A program made the position numbers and the translations under genes. The notes below the pieces were generated by a model. That model was not told the DNA's origin. It saw nothing but the letters and a program-made list of their open reading frames with translations, and ran no database searches. This document shows, piece after piece, positions 9,196 through 20,419 of a DNA stretch of 64,000 nt (positions within the stretch are counted from its first letter, which is position 1; each line of letters starts with the position of its first letter). Origin of the DNA: Candidatus Aenigmatarchaeota archaeon (GTDB lineage: Archaea > Aenigmatarchaeota > Aenigmatarchaeia > CG10238-14 > SpSt-28); contig JAWAZZ010000001.1 of NCBI GenBank assembly GCA_038997305.1, positions 44,159 through 108,158 on the forward strand, written 5' to 3'.

Positions 9196-10277
9196 TTCTT
9201 AAATATTTCTATTAAACTTTTAAAATCTTTTGTTCTTATCGATTTTGAATCTAAATAGCTTTTGCTTGCTTTAATACCTATTTCATTTAAAGATTTAATC
9301 AAAATTTCAATGCTTTTAACATTTGTTTTCAAATTTTTTGCAATTAAATGCGTATTAAAGGTAGTTGGTGGTAATGAATAATCTTCTGCAAAATCATTCA
9401 AACTTTTTTCAAATATTTTCTTTACATCGGAATGTTCAACACTCTTTATAGCTTTTGATAAAAATTTTTCATCAAATAACTTTCCTAAATATGTTGGGCC
9501 AATAATCTTCATTTTAGAGCCGCAATATTTGCATTCTTTTTCTATTTCTAAAGTTTTATATAGACATTGAGGGCAATAGCTGATGAAACCAATGTTATCT
9601 TTAAGCTTTTTTTGAACTTTCTTTTTTGAAGTTTTCCTTAACAATATATAAGTTTTTGCAAAGTGTTTTTCAGAATAGCTAAAAATAATTTCAAAAGAGA
9701 AACCAAAAGAAGAAAAATATCTTATCGAGTAAGAAATTAAATTTCTTAGAGCAATTTCATTTTTCATATCGTTTTCTGCACAAAAAATTCCATATCTAGC
9801 TAAACAAGCATCTGAGTATTTTCCTGATAATGTTCCTAAATCCGTTGCTGTTAAAGAAAGAAGAGTTTCTTTAGATAAAAAATCTATTACATATGGAAAG
9901 AATTTAATTGGAGAACCAAAAGGATCGATATCTATTATGTTGAATTTCTCCATTAATTTACATTTTAGATTCTTCGCATTCTCATTAAATACATTTATTT
10001 TTACTTCGTTAATTTTTGTATTCTCCTTCAATAAATTGATAGCATCTTTACTTACATCATTGGAATAAACTTCTAAAAAGGGTAAAGATTTTTTAACTCT
10101 TATTGAATTAGCTCCAATGGAAGCTAAAAGATCTAAAAATTTATATCCTTCTCTTGCATAATTCTTATAAATTTCTATATTGAGATTTCTGACTATTTTC
10201 ATTTGGGGATTATAAAAGGCTTTTTTATATAGAGGTTTTTCAATTAAAAGTTTCACATTTTCCTCAATAATTTCCAT
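9192..10277 (-). CDS. trm1: tRNA (guanine26-N2)-dimethyltransferase Trm1
   Basis: IDIDPFGSP motif and zinc-finger CPQC...CKYCGS. The track start is TTG, so I moved the start to the ATG of MEIIEENVKLL, which matches the start of Trm1 homologues. Confidence 0.8.
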   Translation of the reverse strand: MEIIEENVKLLIEKPLYKKAFYNPQMKIVRNLNIEIYKNYAREGYKFLDLLASIGANSIRVKKSLPFLEVYSNDVSKDAINLLKENTKINEVKINVFNENAKNLKCKLMEKFNIIDIDPFGSPIKFFPYVIDFLSKETLLSLTATDLGTLSGKYSDACLARYGIFCAENDMKNEIALRNLISYSIRYFSSFGFSFEIIFSYSEKHFAKTYILLRKTSKKKVQKKLKDNIGFISYCPQCLYKTLEIEKECKYCGSKMKIIGPTYLGKLFDEKFLSKAIKSVEHSDVKKIFEKSLNDFAEDYSLPPTTFNTHLIAKNLKTNVKSIEILIKSLNEIGIKASKSYLDSKSIRTKDFKSLIEIFKK

Positions 10278-10289
10278 ATTTTTCAAACA

Positions 10290-10312
10290 AACGAAAAAAA
10301 TATATAATTAAA
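10290..10312 (+). promoter_or_regulatory. putative archaeal BRE/TATA promoter for the 23S rRNA transcript
   Basis: cgaaaaaaatatataattaa, a purine-rich BRE-like stretch followed by a TATATAAT box about 150 nt upstream of the rRNA processing stem. Confidence 0.35.
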
Positions 10313-10454
10313 AGAAGTAGTTTAATAATATTGGCCGATGAGGATATTTTTTGTATAGAAAGCTGATAGAAGTGGGCACCTCCCGAGGCTAAAATGCAAC
10401 CCTTAGCTGTTATATGCTAAGGGTGAAGTTTGAAAGCGATGATACGAGCTTAAT

Positions 10455-10470
10455 GAGAGGGGATATAGGA
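10455..10470 (+). other. 5' half of pre-rRNA processing stem (pairs with 13513..13528)
   Basis: gagaggggatatagga is the exact reverse complement of tcctatatcccctctc on the 3' side of the 23S. Confidence 0.6.
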
Positions 10471-10477
10471 TAATATT

Positions 10478-13505
<3,028 letters not shown>

Positions 13506-13512
13506 ATTAAAA

Positions 13513-13528
13513 TCCTATATCCCCTCTC
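13513..13528 (+). other. 3' half of pre-rRNA processing stem
   Basis: Reverse complement of 10455..10470. Confidence 0.6.
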
Positions 13529-13542
13529 AAAAATAACTTTAA

Positions 13543-13558
13543 TTTTTTGTTTTTGATG
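13543..13558 (+). terminator. T-rich putative archaeal terminator after the 23S rRNA
   Basis: aattttttgtttttga oligo-T runs lie immediately downstream of the processing stem. Confidence 0.3.
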
Positions 13559-13571
13559 AAGTATTTATTTT

Positions 13572-13903
13572 ATGAAACTTATTTCATCAATCTTTCTAAA
13601 CTTAATTCTAGCAACTCTAATAGCTATTAGCACTATACTAATAATTTACTTCACTCAATTTTATCAAACAAAATATGTAGAAGAATTAGAAAGAATTAGA
13701 TTTAATCAGCAAGTTTATGATTTAGCAAAAAAATTAGCAAATTGCTTAGGATTTGAATATGAAAAAACTTATTACTTAGATTATAAAAAAATTGAAGAGT
13801 TTAGTAAAATTTATAATGATATAGAACCAAGATGTGCAATTGCAAAAGATTTTGATTATAATGTTAAAATAATACAATTTGAAAAAGAAGTTAGAAATTA
13901 TCC
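13572..13903 (+). repeat. 332-nt coding module, apparently identical to 16008..16339
   Basis: Read base by base, both copies run from the ATG through ...gaagttagaaattatcc and then diverge. Confidence 0.8.
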
Positions 13904-14963
13904 TTTTCCAATCTTTGAAGAAAAACCAAAAGGGAAAGGTATAGCAGAAGATATCTTAAATAGGATAGATGGAAAAAAGGTAATTTTTGTATTGGATGTT
14001 AGTGGTTCTATGGGAGCTGCAGATACTCCACCATGTAATGGAAAAGAATTTAATAGCGGAGATAATACTAGAATATGTTGCTTAAAAAAGTTTGTTATTC
14101 ATTTTCTAGATAAACTTTCTAACGATACTGAAATTGGAATTAATTTTTTTGGTGTTGGAAATTGCAATTATAATTGGGCTGTAAAACCATATTCAAATAT
14201 TTCTGTAATTTATGAAGTTGCAAAAAAACAAACTCTTTCTCAAACTCCTCAAGATGGCACTCCAATATTAATTTCTTTGTATGATGCAGCTATAAACGCA
14301 GAAAATAATTCTTACGTAGTTCTTCTTACAGATGGTGGAGAAAATTGTGGAGGAGTTAGTTTATCTGAAGTAATTAATTTAATTAAATCAAAAAATTTAA
14401 CTCTACTATCTATAGGTTTTGGAAAAGGTGCTGATGTAGGATTTTTGAAATATTTAAAATCTCAGGTCGGTGGAGAAGTTTATGAAGCTATGAATTGTGA
14501 AGAATTAATAGAAAAGAAGGAAGAGTTTAAACAAAAAATTCTAAAAGTCGAAAGAAAAGAATTTTCTTTTGGTATGTTAGAAAAAGAACTCGCAGGAATA
14601 AGATCTTTTGGTCCAAAAATAAACTTACAAACTTCAATTTCAATCCCAATTTTAATTAAGTACAACGAAACTTTTATAGTTGAAGGATTAATGATAATTA
14701 ATGCATATAAAGGATTTTTAGAAGAATTTTATAGTTTCTTAGACGATATTTGTTCAAAAGATTTTGATAATTTTGAAATTACAAAACAGTTTTATTTTGA
14801 TTATAATGTTAAAATTTTAAAAGAAAATGATTATTATAAAATTTGTAGCGAAAATGTTTGTAAAAAATTAGTTTGTAAGTATGAGATTGAAGAAAAAGAA
14901 TTTGATAAGGGAGATAATGTAATAAATGTGAAAATAGAAAATAAAAAAATTATTATTAGGTGA
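13572..14963 (+). CDS. membrane-anchored von Willebrand factor A (vWA) domain protein; shares identical N- and C-terminal modules with 16008..17798
   Basis: N-terminal TM MKLISSIFLNLILATLIAISTILIIYF. The MIDAS motif VLDVSGSMG and downstream QDGTP and LTDGGEN complete a vWA fold. Confidence 0.7.
   Translation: MKLISSIFLNLILATLIAISTILIIYFTQFYQTKYVEELERIRFNQQVYDLAKKLANCLGFEYEKTYYLDYKKIEEFSKIYNDIEPRCAIAKDFDYNVKIIQFEKEVRNYPFPIFEEKPKGKGIAEDILNRIDGKKVIFVLDVSGSMGAADTPPCNGKEFNSGDNTRICCLKKFVIHFLDKLSNDTEIGINFFGVGNCNYNWAVKPYSNISVIYEVAKKQTLSQTPQDGTPILISLYDAAINAENNSYVVLLTDGGENCGGVSLSEVINLIKSKNLTLLSIGFGKGADVGFLKYLKSQVGGEVYEAMNCEELIEKKEEFKQKILKVERKEFSFGMLEKELAGIRSFGPKINLQTSISIPILIKYNETFIVEGLMIINAYKGFLEEFYSFLDDICSKDFDNFEITKQFYFDYNVKILKENDYYKICSENVCKKLVCKYEIEEKEFDKGDNVINVKIENKKIIIR
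14533..14931 (+). repeat. 399-nt coding module, apparently identical to 17368..17766
   Basis: Both copies run from aaaaaattctaaaagtcgaaag through ...gataatgtaataaatgtga and then diverge. Confidence 0.8.
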
Positions 14964-15004
14964 TACAAAAAGTATTTATATTTTTTTGTACATAAATTAA
15001 TACC

Positions 15005-15196
15005 ATGATAATTCCAGTTAGATGTTTTACATGTGGAAAGGTAATTGGACATTTATGGGAAGAATATGAGAGAAGAGTTAAGAATGGCGAAGAACCAAAG
15101 AAAGTTTTAGACGAGTTAGGATTAAAGAAGTATTGTTGTAGACAGATATTTATAACACATAGAGAATTAATTAAGGAAATCGCAAAATTTAAATAA
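15005..15196 (+). CDS. rpoN: DNA-directed RNA polymerase subunit N (Rpb10 homologue)
   Basis: [15 protein letters not shown]...CCRQ zinc-binding signature. Length 63 aa. Confidence 0.85.
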   Translation: MIIPVRCFTCGKVIGHLWEEYERRVKNGEEPKKVLDELGLKKYCCRQIFITHRELIKEIAKFK

Positions 15197-15444
15197 TGTA
15201 TCCTAGAGATAGGTTAACAAGATTTGAAGTAGCTAGAATTATCTCAGCAAGAGCATTACAAATAGAATACGGAGCACCTTGTTTTGTTGATATTAAAGGT
15301 AATTCTATTCAAAAAGCGAAGGAAGAATTTAAAAGAAAGTTAATTCCTTTAACAGTGAGAAGAAGATTACCTAATGGGGAAGTAGTAGAAGTAGACATAG
15401 ATAAAGCGATAGATAATTGGCTTAAGGAGCACGGTGACGTTTAA
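15196..15444 (+). CDS. rpoK: DNA-directed RNA polymerase subunit K (Rpb6 homologue)
   Basis: LTRFEVARIISARALQIEYGAP matches the RpoK/Rpb6 core. It overlaps the rpoN stop (TAATG). Confidence 0.8.
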   Translation: MYPRDRLTRFEVARIISARALQIEYGAPCFVDIKGNSIQKAKEEFKRKLIPLTVRRRLPNGEVVEVDIDKAIDNWLKEHGDV

Positions 15445-15994
15445 TTAATTTTAAAATAATAAAGATAATTACAATTAGAAATGTTAAGAAAATGATGATT
15501 GCTAAATGGTTAGGGTAAGAGTATTTTCTTTCTTCTTTTATTTTTTCTCCTGGAGTTTCTGTACTTTCGTTTTCTAAAACTTTTAAAGTTTGATTTAGTA
15601 AAACTAGTTTAGCTTTTTCTTTATCGCTAATAAAAATTTTTATTAAAGTAGTGTTTTCCGGAAATTTAAAAACTAAGCTTTTTATTATATAATCTTTTTC
15701 TATTATTTCTTTTCCTCTTTTAATGCTAAAAACTTCTTGAAAAAAATCTTCTTTAGAGTAGTTTAGGTAGACAATTTTTAAAACATTGTTTGAAGGATCA
15801 TAGCAAACAACTTTAATATTTCCGCTATTTAAATAATTTTCGTTTGCGAAATCTAAAAAGTAATTTGCAGTAATTTTAACATCTTCGTTTTTACTTATAA
15901 GAATTTCTAAATAAAGAAACTTATCTGAAGAATAAGAATAATGTATTAAAGTGCTTAAGATTAATAAGGGTATTAATATTAATATTTTTTTCAT
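15422..15994 (-). CDS. secreted hypothetical protein with C-terminal TM anchor
   Basis: Signal peptide MKKILILIPLLILSTLIHYSYS and C-terminal TM LAIIIFLTFLIVIIFIILKLIKR. Start placed at the ATG giving MKKIL, 13 nt from the divergent start at 16008. Confidence 0.5.
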   Translation of the reverse strand: MKKILILIPLLILSTLIHYSYSSDKFLYLEILISKNEDVKITANYFLDFANENYLNSGNIKVVCYDPSNNVLKIVYLNYSKEDFFQEVFSIKRGKEIIEKDYIIKSLVFKFPENTTLIKIFISDKEKAKLVLLNQTLKVLENESTETPGEKIKEERKYSYPNHLAIIIFLTFLIVIIFIILKLIKRHRAP

Positions 15995-16007
15995 AAAATA
16001 TATTCTT

Positions 16008-16339
16008 ATGAAACTTATTTCATCAATCTTTCTAAACTTAATTCTAGCAACTCTAATAGCTATTAGCACTATACTAATAATTTACTTCACTCAATTTTAT
16101 CAAACAAAATATGTAGAAGAATTAGAAAGAATTAGATTTAATCAGCAAGTTTATGATTTAGCAAAAAAATTAGCAAATTGCTTAGGATTTGAATATGAAA
16201 AAACTTATTACTTAGATTATAAAAAAATTGAAGAGTTTAGTAAAATTTATAATGATATAGAACCAAGATGTGCAATTGCAAAAGATTTTGATTATAATGT
16301 TAAAATAATACAATTTGAAAAAGAAGTTAGAAATTATCC
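16008..16339 (+). repeat. second copy of the 332-nt module
   Basis: See 13572..13903. Confidence 0.8.
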
Positions 16340-17798
16340 AATACAAATTGGTGGTGGTTGTGGATGGGCATGGGTTGTTAATAGTGGTTCTGGAGGAATG
16401 CATAGTTCAATCTCCTTAGTTACTTCTGAAGGCTCTGAGTTAAGAAGACATTATACTCATCCAAATAAAGCGGGTAATCCATCTAGAACTGCTGTAGATA
16501 TCGAAGGAAATGTTTGGGTTGGAAATAGAGCAGATGGTACTTTAGTTAAAATCACATTTGACAAAAATAAATGTAAAGGAGCTACTTCTGAAGATAAAGA
16601 TGGTAATGGAAAAATTGATTATAATGAAATGCTTGATTTTTCTTCTGATGGATGTATAGAGATAAAGTTAGATTTAAAATGCAGTTATGTTGGTGTCAGA
16701 GCAGTTTGTATAGATAATGAATCAAAATACGTATATGCCGGTTGTTATAATGATAGGAAATTATTTAAAATTTCTAATAAAGATGGTAGCATAGAAAAAG
16801 TCTGGAATTTACCAGCAACTCCTTATGGATGTGTTGTTGGTAATGATGGAAATGTTTGGATTTCAACAGCTTCATCTATTTTAATAAAGTTAAATCCAAA
16901 TACTGATGAAATTAAAACATTTAGTGTTCCTTTCATATATGGCATTTGGAGATGTTATAATTTAGATTGTGTTGTTTTTTCTGAGTGGACTTTAAATAGA
17001 ATTGCACTATTTAATACGACATCTGAAAAAATAATATGGGAAAGATCTAGCGGAATAAATACAAGAGGAGTTTTTGTCGACGAAAATAATTACATTTATG
17101 CAGTAGGAAGTTCTAGTAATGATATATACAAGTATGATATAAATGGAAATTTAATAAAAGTCGCAAAGACTTGTGGAATACCTACAGGAGTTGCTCAAGA
17201 TGCTTGCGGTTATTTGTGGGTGCAATGTATGGATGGTTATGTTTACATTTTTGATAAAGACTTAAATTTAATAAATTTCTTTTCAATATCTGGAATTCAT
17301 TATACTTATTCAGACTTTACAGGATTTTTATCTAATGCAAAAGTTAGTGTGCCACTAAAAATTGAGGAAAAAATTCTAAAAGTCGAAAGAAAAGAATTTT
17401 CTTTTGGTATGTTAGAAAAAGAACTCGCAGGAATAAGATCTTTTGGTCCAAAAATAAACTTACAAACTTCAATTTCAATCCCAATTTTAATTAAGTACAA
17501 CGAAACTTTTATAGTTGAAGGATTAATGATAATTAATGCATATAAAGGATTTTTAGAAGAATTTTATAGTTTCTTAGACGATATTTGTTCAAAAGATTTT
17601 GATAATTTTGAAATTACAAAACAGTTTTATTTTGATTATAATGTTAAAATTTTAAAAGAAAATGATTATTATAAAATTTGTAGCGAAAATGTTTGTAAAA
17701 AATTAGTTTGTAAGTATGAGATTGAAGAAAAAGAATTTGATAAGGGAGATAATGTAATAAATGTGAGAGTAAGTGAAAGAAAATTAATAATTTCATAA
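16008..17798 (+). CDS. membrane-anchored beta-propeller-like protein with EF-hand-type Ca-binding loop; shares N- and C-terminal modules with 13572..14963
   Basis: The first 110 aa and last 133 aa are identical to the vWA paralog. The middle (GNVWVGNRADGTLVKI, DKDGNGKIDYNEM, repeated NVWIS/YVYA blades) is homologous to the N-terminal half of 38418..40652. The true start is ATG at 16008; the track start is upstream. Confidence 0.7.
   Translation: MKLISSIFLNLILATLIAISTILIIYFTQFYQTKYVEELERIRFNQQVYDLAKKLANCLGFEYEKTYYLDYKKIEEFSKIYNDIEPRCAIAKDFDYNVKIIQFEKEVRNYPIQIGGGCGWAWVVNSGSGGMHSSISLVTSEGSELRRHYTHPNKAGNPSRTAVDIEGNVWVGNRADGTLVKITFDKNKCKGATSEDKDGNGKIDYNEMLDFSSDGCIEIKLDLKCSYVGVRAVCIDNESKYVYAGCYNDRKLFKISNKDGSIEKVWNLPATPYGCVVGNDGNVWISTASSILIKLNPNTDEIKTFSVPFIYGIWRCYNLDCVVFSEWTLNRIALFNTTSEKIIWERSSGINTRGVFVDENNYIYAVGSSSNDIYKYDINGNLIKVAKTCGIPTGVAQDACGYLWVQCMDGYVYIFDKDLNLINFFSISGIHYTYSDFTGFLSNAKVSVPLKIEEKILKVERKEFSFGMLEKELAGIRSFGPKINLQTSISIPILIKYNETFIVEGLMIINAYKGFLEEFYSFLDDICSKDFDNFEITKQFYFDYNVKILKENDYYKICSENVCKKLVCKYEIEEKEFDKGDNVINVRVSERKLIIS
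17368..17766 (+). repeat. second copy of the 399-nt module
   Basis: See 14533..14931. Confidence 0.8.
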
Positions 17799-18476
17799 TT
17801 GCGTTTTCTTATATAATTTGACTTTGTTAATTCTTTTGGTATACATAATGAAGGTAATTATAGCTATTGCTATAATTAGAAGTATAAAAATTGAAATTGG
17901 CGGTATATAATATTCTTTGCAATCTGGATCTTCTGGGCAATTCGGTTCGCAATAATTATCTTTTAAATTTGGACAAATTTTTAATTTACAATCATTGCAA
18001 TTAATTTCATTTTCACCAAGCTTTTTTTCACATACTGAATTTTCATTACATATTTTTGTTTCTAGTATTTTTTGATCAAAATTGAACATTTCAATTTTAC
18101 TTAAATCTTTAAGATATGGAAATCTAAAATATTTTTCTAAACATTCGAATTCTACTTCTTCTCCCTTCATCTCTCCAGTAATAGGATCTATTATTTCTCT
18201 ATGAGTTTTAAAAGATTGTGAAAAATTATATTGCAGCAAAACAGAATTATTAGTAGAGTAGAGAAGTATGGTATAATTTCCAAAACCAATTTTATTTGAT
18301 TCTACATATTCTGGATTTTCAATTATTCCATAATCTATCAAAAAAACAGAATTATTTTTACATATATTTATTAGCAAATAAAATGTTTTATCACTTATTA
18401 TTTTTTCTTGGAAAGAAATTTCTAAGTAAATAGATATTATAAATAAAATTAATTGAGATAATAGTTTGATCTTCAT
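17793..18476 (-). CDS. secreted Cys-rich protein with C-terminal TM anchor
   Basis: Signal peptide MKIKLLSQLILFIISIYL, a CNDCKLKICPNLKDNYCEPNCPEDPDC cluster, and C-terminal TM FILLIIAIAIITFIMY. Confidence 0.5.
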   Translation of the reverse strand: MKIKLLSQLILFIISIYLEISFQEKIISDKTFYLLINICKNNSVFLIDYGIIENPEYVESNKIGFGNYTILLYSTNNSVLLQYNFSQSFKTHREIIDPITGEMKGEEVEFECLEKYFRFPYLKDLSKIEMFNFDQKILETKICNENSVCEKKLGENEINCNDCKLKICPNLKDNYCEPNCPEDPDCKEYYIPPISIFILLIIAIAIITFIMYTKRINKVKLYKKTQL

Positions 18477-18489
18477 AATATAAACTTAT

Positions 18490-19872
18490 TTATCTTATAC
18501 AATATTTCATCCATCTACCTAGGCCAGCAGAATAAGGAGGATTTCCCATAAATCCTTCAGATAAAAACTTATAGGCTGCCGGACCGAATTTTTCCATAGG
18601 TAAACAATAATCCATTATAAATTTAGAAACTTCTGGATGATTGCAATCTGGGCAATTAGGTGCAGGTCCACCAAAAAATGGATAATATAGGCATGCATGA
18701 CAATCTACATTACAATTAACATGACCCAAACCCAATTGATGTCCTAATTCATGAGTAGGTACACAAACACGTTTACTACAGCTATGAGCTATACTTGATG
18801 AGCCATCAGAAGGGATTCCTTGTGCGCATCCACCAGCCCAACCGCCACCAGTTGTTAATGCAACAAATTTATCATAATTAACTCCAAATTTATTCTCCAT
18901 TTTTCTTGCGCATTCTCTTGCTATGTCTATACAATCAGAACAATGGTCATAGCAATCTTTATTAGCAGATTCCGGACAATCTGAAATATTAATTATCCAA
19001 AACCTAACTATATCATCTTTATTCTTACATTCTCTAAATGGAGATACCTCAAGAAAATGCTCAATGAAAGATGTTGCAGCAGATAAATACAAGTTCTCAT
19101 CAGTAATATCTACAGGAACTATAAAGACGTCAAAAGTATCTAAATTTATGCAATCTTTTCCATTCCAAGATTTTCCTGGAGGACAACACGCTTTTCCAGA
19201 TTTGTATGATGTAAAATCTTTTGTAACAGGATTGCAAGTTAAGCCGCTAGAGCATTGATTATTGCAATAACATTCTTCACCTTCTTTTAAATTGTATCTT
19301 TTCGTATTTCCAGTTTCATCTGAGCTTGGATCTTCTGGACAGCATACCGCATCACTTTTAATACAATCATTAGAGTTTTTGCAATTTTCTCTTATGTCAA
19401 CATTGCAATAACCATCGTTTATGCATTGAGGATTTGGACCATAACAATCTTGAGAAGAAGTCCTACATTCTATTGGAGTACAAACATTATCGATTAAATA
19501 ATCTATTTTTCTGCAATCTAAAATTCTAATGACACTCTTTTCTTTTATAATACAATATTTGCCAGTATTATATATTTCTATATCTTGAGTTTTAAAAGGT
19601 AAATAATAAGAATATTCATAATCTTTGTAAAAAACTTTCAATTTATTGTCTTTTATTGTTAAGTTACTATATAAAAATTGGTATTCGTAATAAAAGTATT
19701 CGCTTTTTAATTTTGAAATTCTTTCTATTGTGGAAATGAATTTTTCAATTTCTTCGTTGAATTTTTGTTTTTCTAAACTTTTAGAAAAATTAAATAGAAA
19801 AATCTGAAATGCAGTAAAAAACAAAATTCCAATTACTATTGAAATCGTTATTAAGGAAAAAATATTTGTCAT
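18490..19872 (-). CDS. membrane-anchored metzincin-type zinc metalloprotease with Cys-rich module
   Basis: Exact HExxHxxGxxH motif (HELGHQLGLGH) with a downstream Met-turn candidate FIMDY. N-terminal TM. The Cys module GEECYCNNQCSSGLTCNPV...ACCPPGKSWNGKDC recurs in 38418..40652. Confidence 0.7.
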   Translation of the reverse strand: MTNIFSLITISIVIGILFFTAFQIFLFNFSKSLEKQKFNEEIEKFISTIERISKLKSEYFYYEYQFLYSNLTIKDNKLKVFYKDYEYSYYLPFKTQDIEIYNTGKYCIIKEKSVIRILDCRKIDYLIDNVCTPIECRTSSQDCYGPNPQCINDGYCNVDIRENCKNSNDCIKSDAVCCPEDPSSDETGNTKRYNLKEGEECYCNNQCSSGLTCNPVTKDFTSYKSGKACCPPGKSWNGKDCINLDTFDVFIVPVDITDENLYLSAATSFIEHFLEVSPFRECKNKDDIVRFWIINISDCPESANKDCYDHCSDCIDIARECARKMENKFGVNYDKFVALTTGGGWAGGCAQGIPSDGSSSIAHSCSKRVCVPTHELGHQLGLGHVNCNVDCHACLYYPFFGGPAPNCPDCNHPEVSKFIMDYCLPMEKFGPAAYKFLSEGFMGNPPYSAGLGRWMKYCIR

Positions 19873-20390
19873 GAAATTCTTAATATTAGGTAACCAATTT
19901 CCTCATCTGGCATAGGTATTGGCAAAACATAACTTTTTATCGTTTCTGAAGGTTTTAAATTATAACCATAGATTTCGTATAAGCTTTGGTTTTTATATAT
20001 AACTAGCTGCCATCTTTCTTTACCAATCATATTATCTAACATAGGATAAAGCAAATCTGAAGAATTATATGCTCCTAAAGCCATTCCATAATAAACAATT
20101 TTTCCTAAACCAAGATCTTCTTTAACTTTTTCTCTTTCACTTTCTTTCCATTTATTTAGAGTTAGTAGCGCATCTATCGATGTTTGTAAATAAGTTTTTT
20201 CTAATGTAGGTAATTTGGCTGTATAAACTGAAGCTAATGTTTTTAATGCTAAATCATCTATAACAGAAAATCTATGAAAATATTGGGATTTTGTTGAGAG
20301 TTGTGAAATGTAATACAATGTAATTACTATAACAATAGATGAAATTATTAAAATAATACCAATCCATATAATTTCACTTTGAAGTTTCAT
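19869..20390 (-). CDS. small protein with N-terminal TM helix (possible pilin-like or minor filament subunit)
   Basis: MKLQSEIIWIGIILIISSIVIVITLYY followed by a soluble ~140-aa domain. Co-oriented and overlapping the metzincin gene. Confidence 0.4.
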   Translation of the reverse strand: MKLQSEIIWIGIILIISSIVIVITLYYISQLSTKSQYFHRFSVIDDLALKTLASVYTAKLPTLEKTYLQTSIDALLTLNKWKESEREKVKEDLGLGKIVYYGMALGAYNSSDLLYPMLDNMIGKERWQLVIYKNQSLYEIYGYNLKPSETIKSYVLPIPMPDEEIGYLILRIS

Positions 20391-20419
20391 AAAATTAAAA
20401 TTAGTAAGGATATAATATT

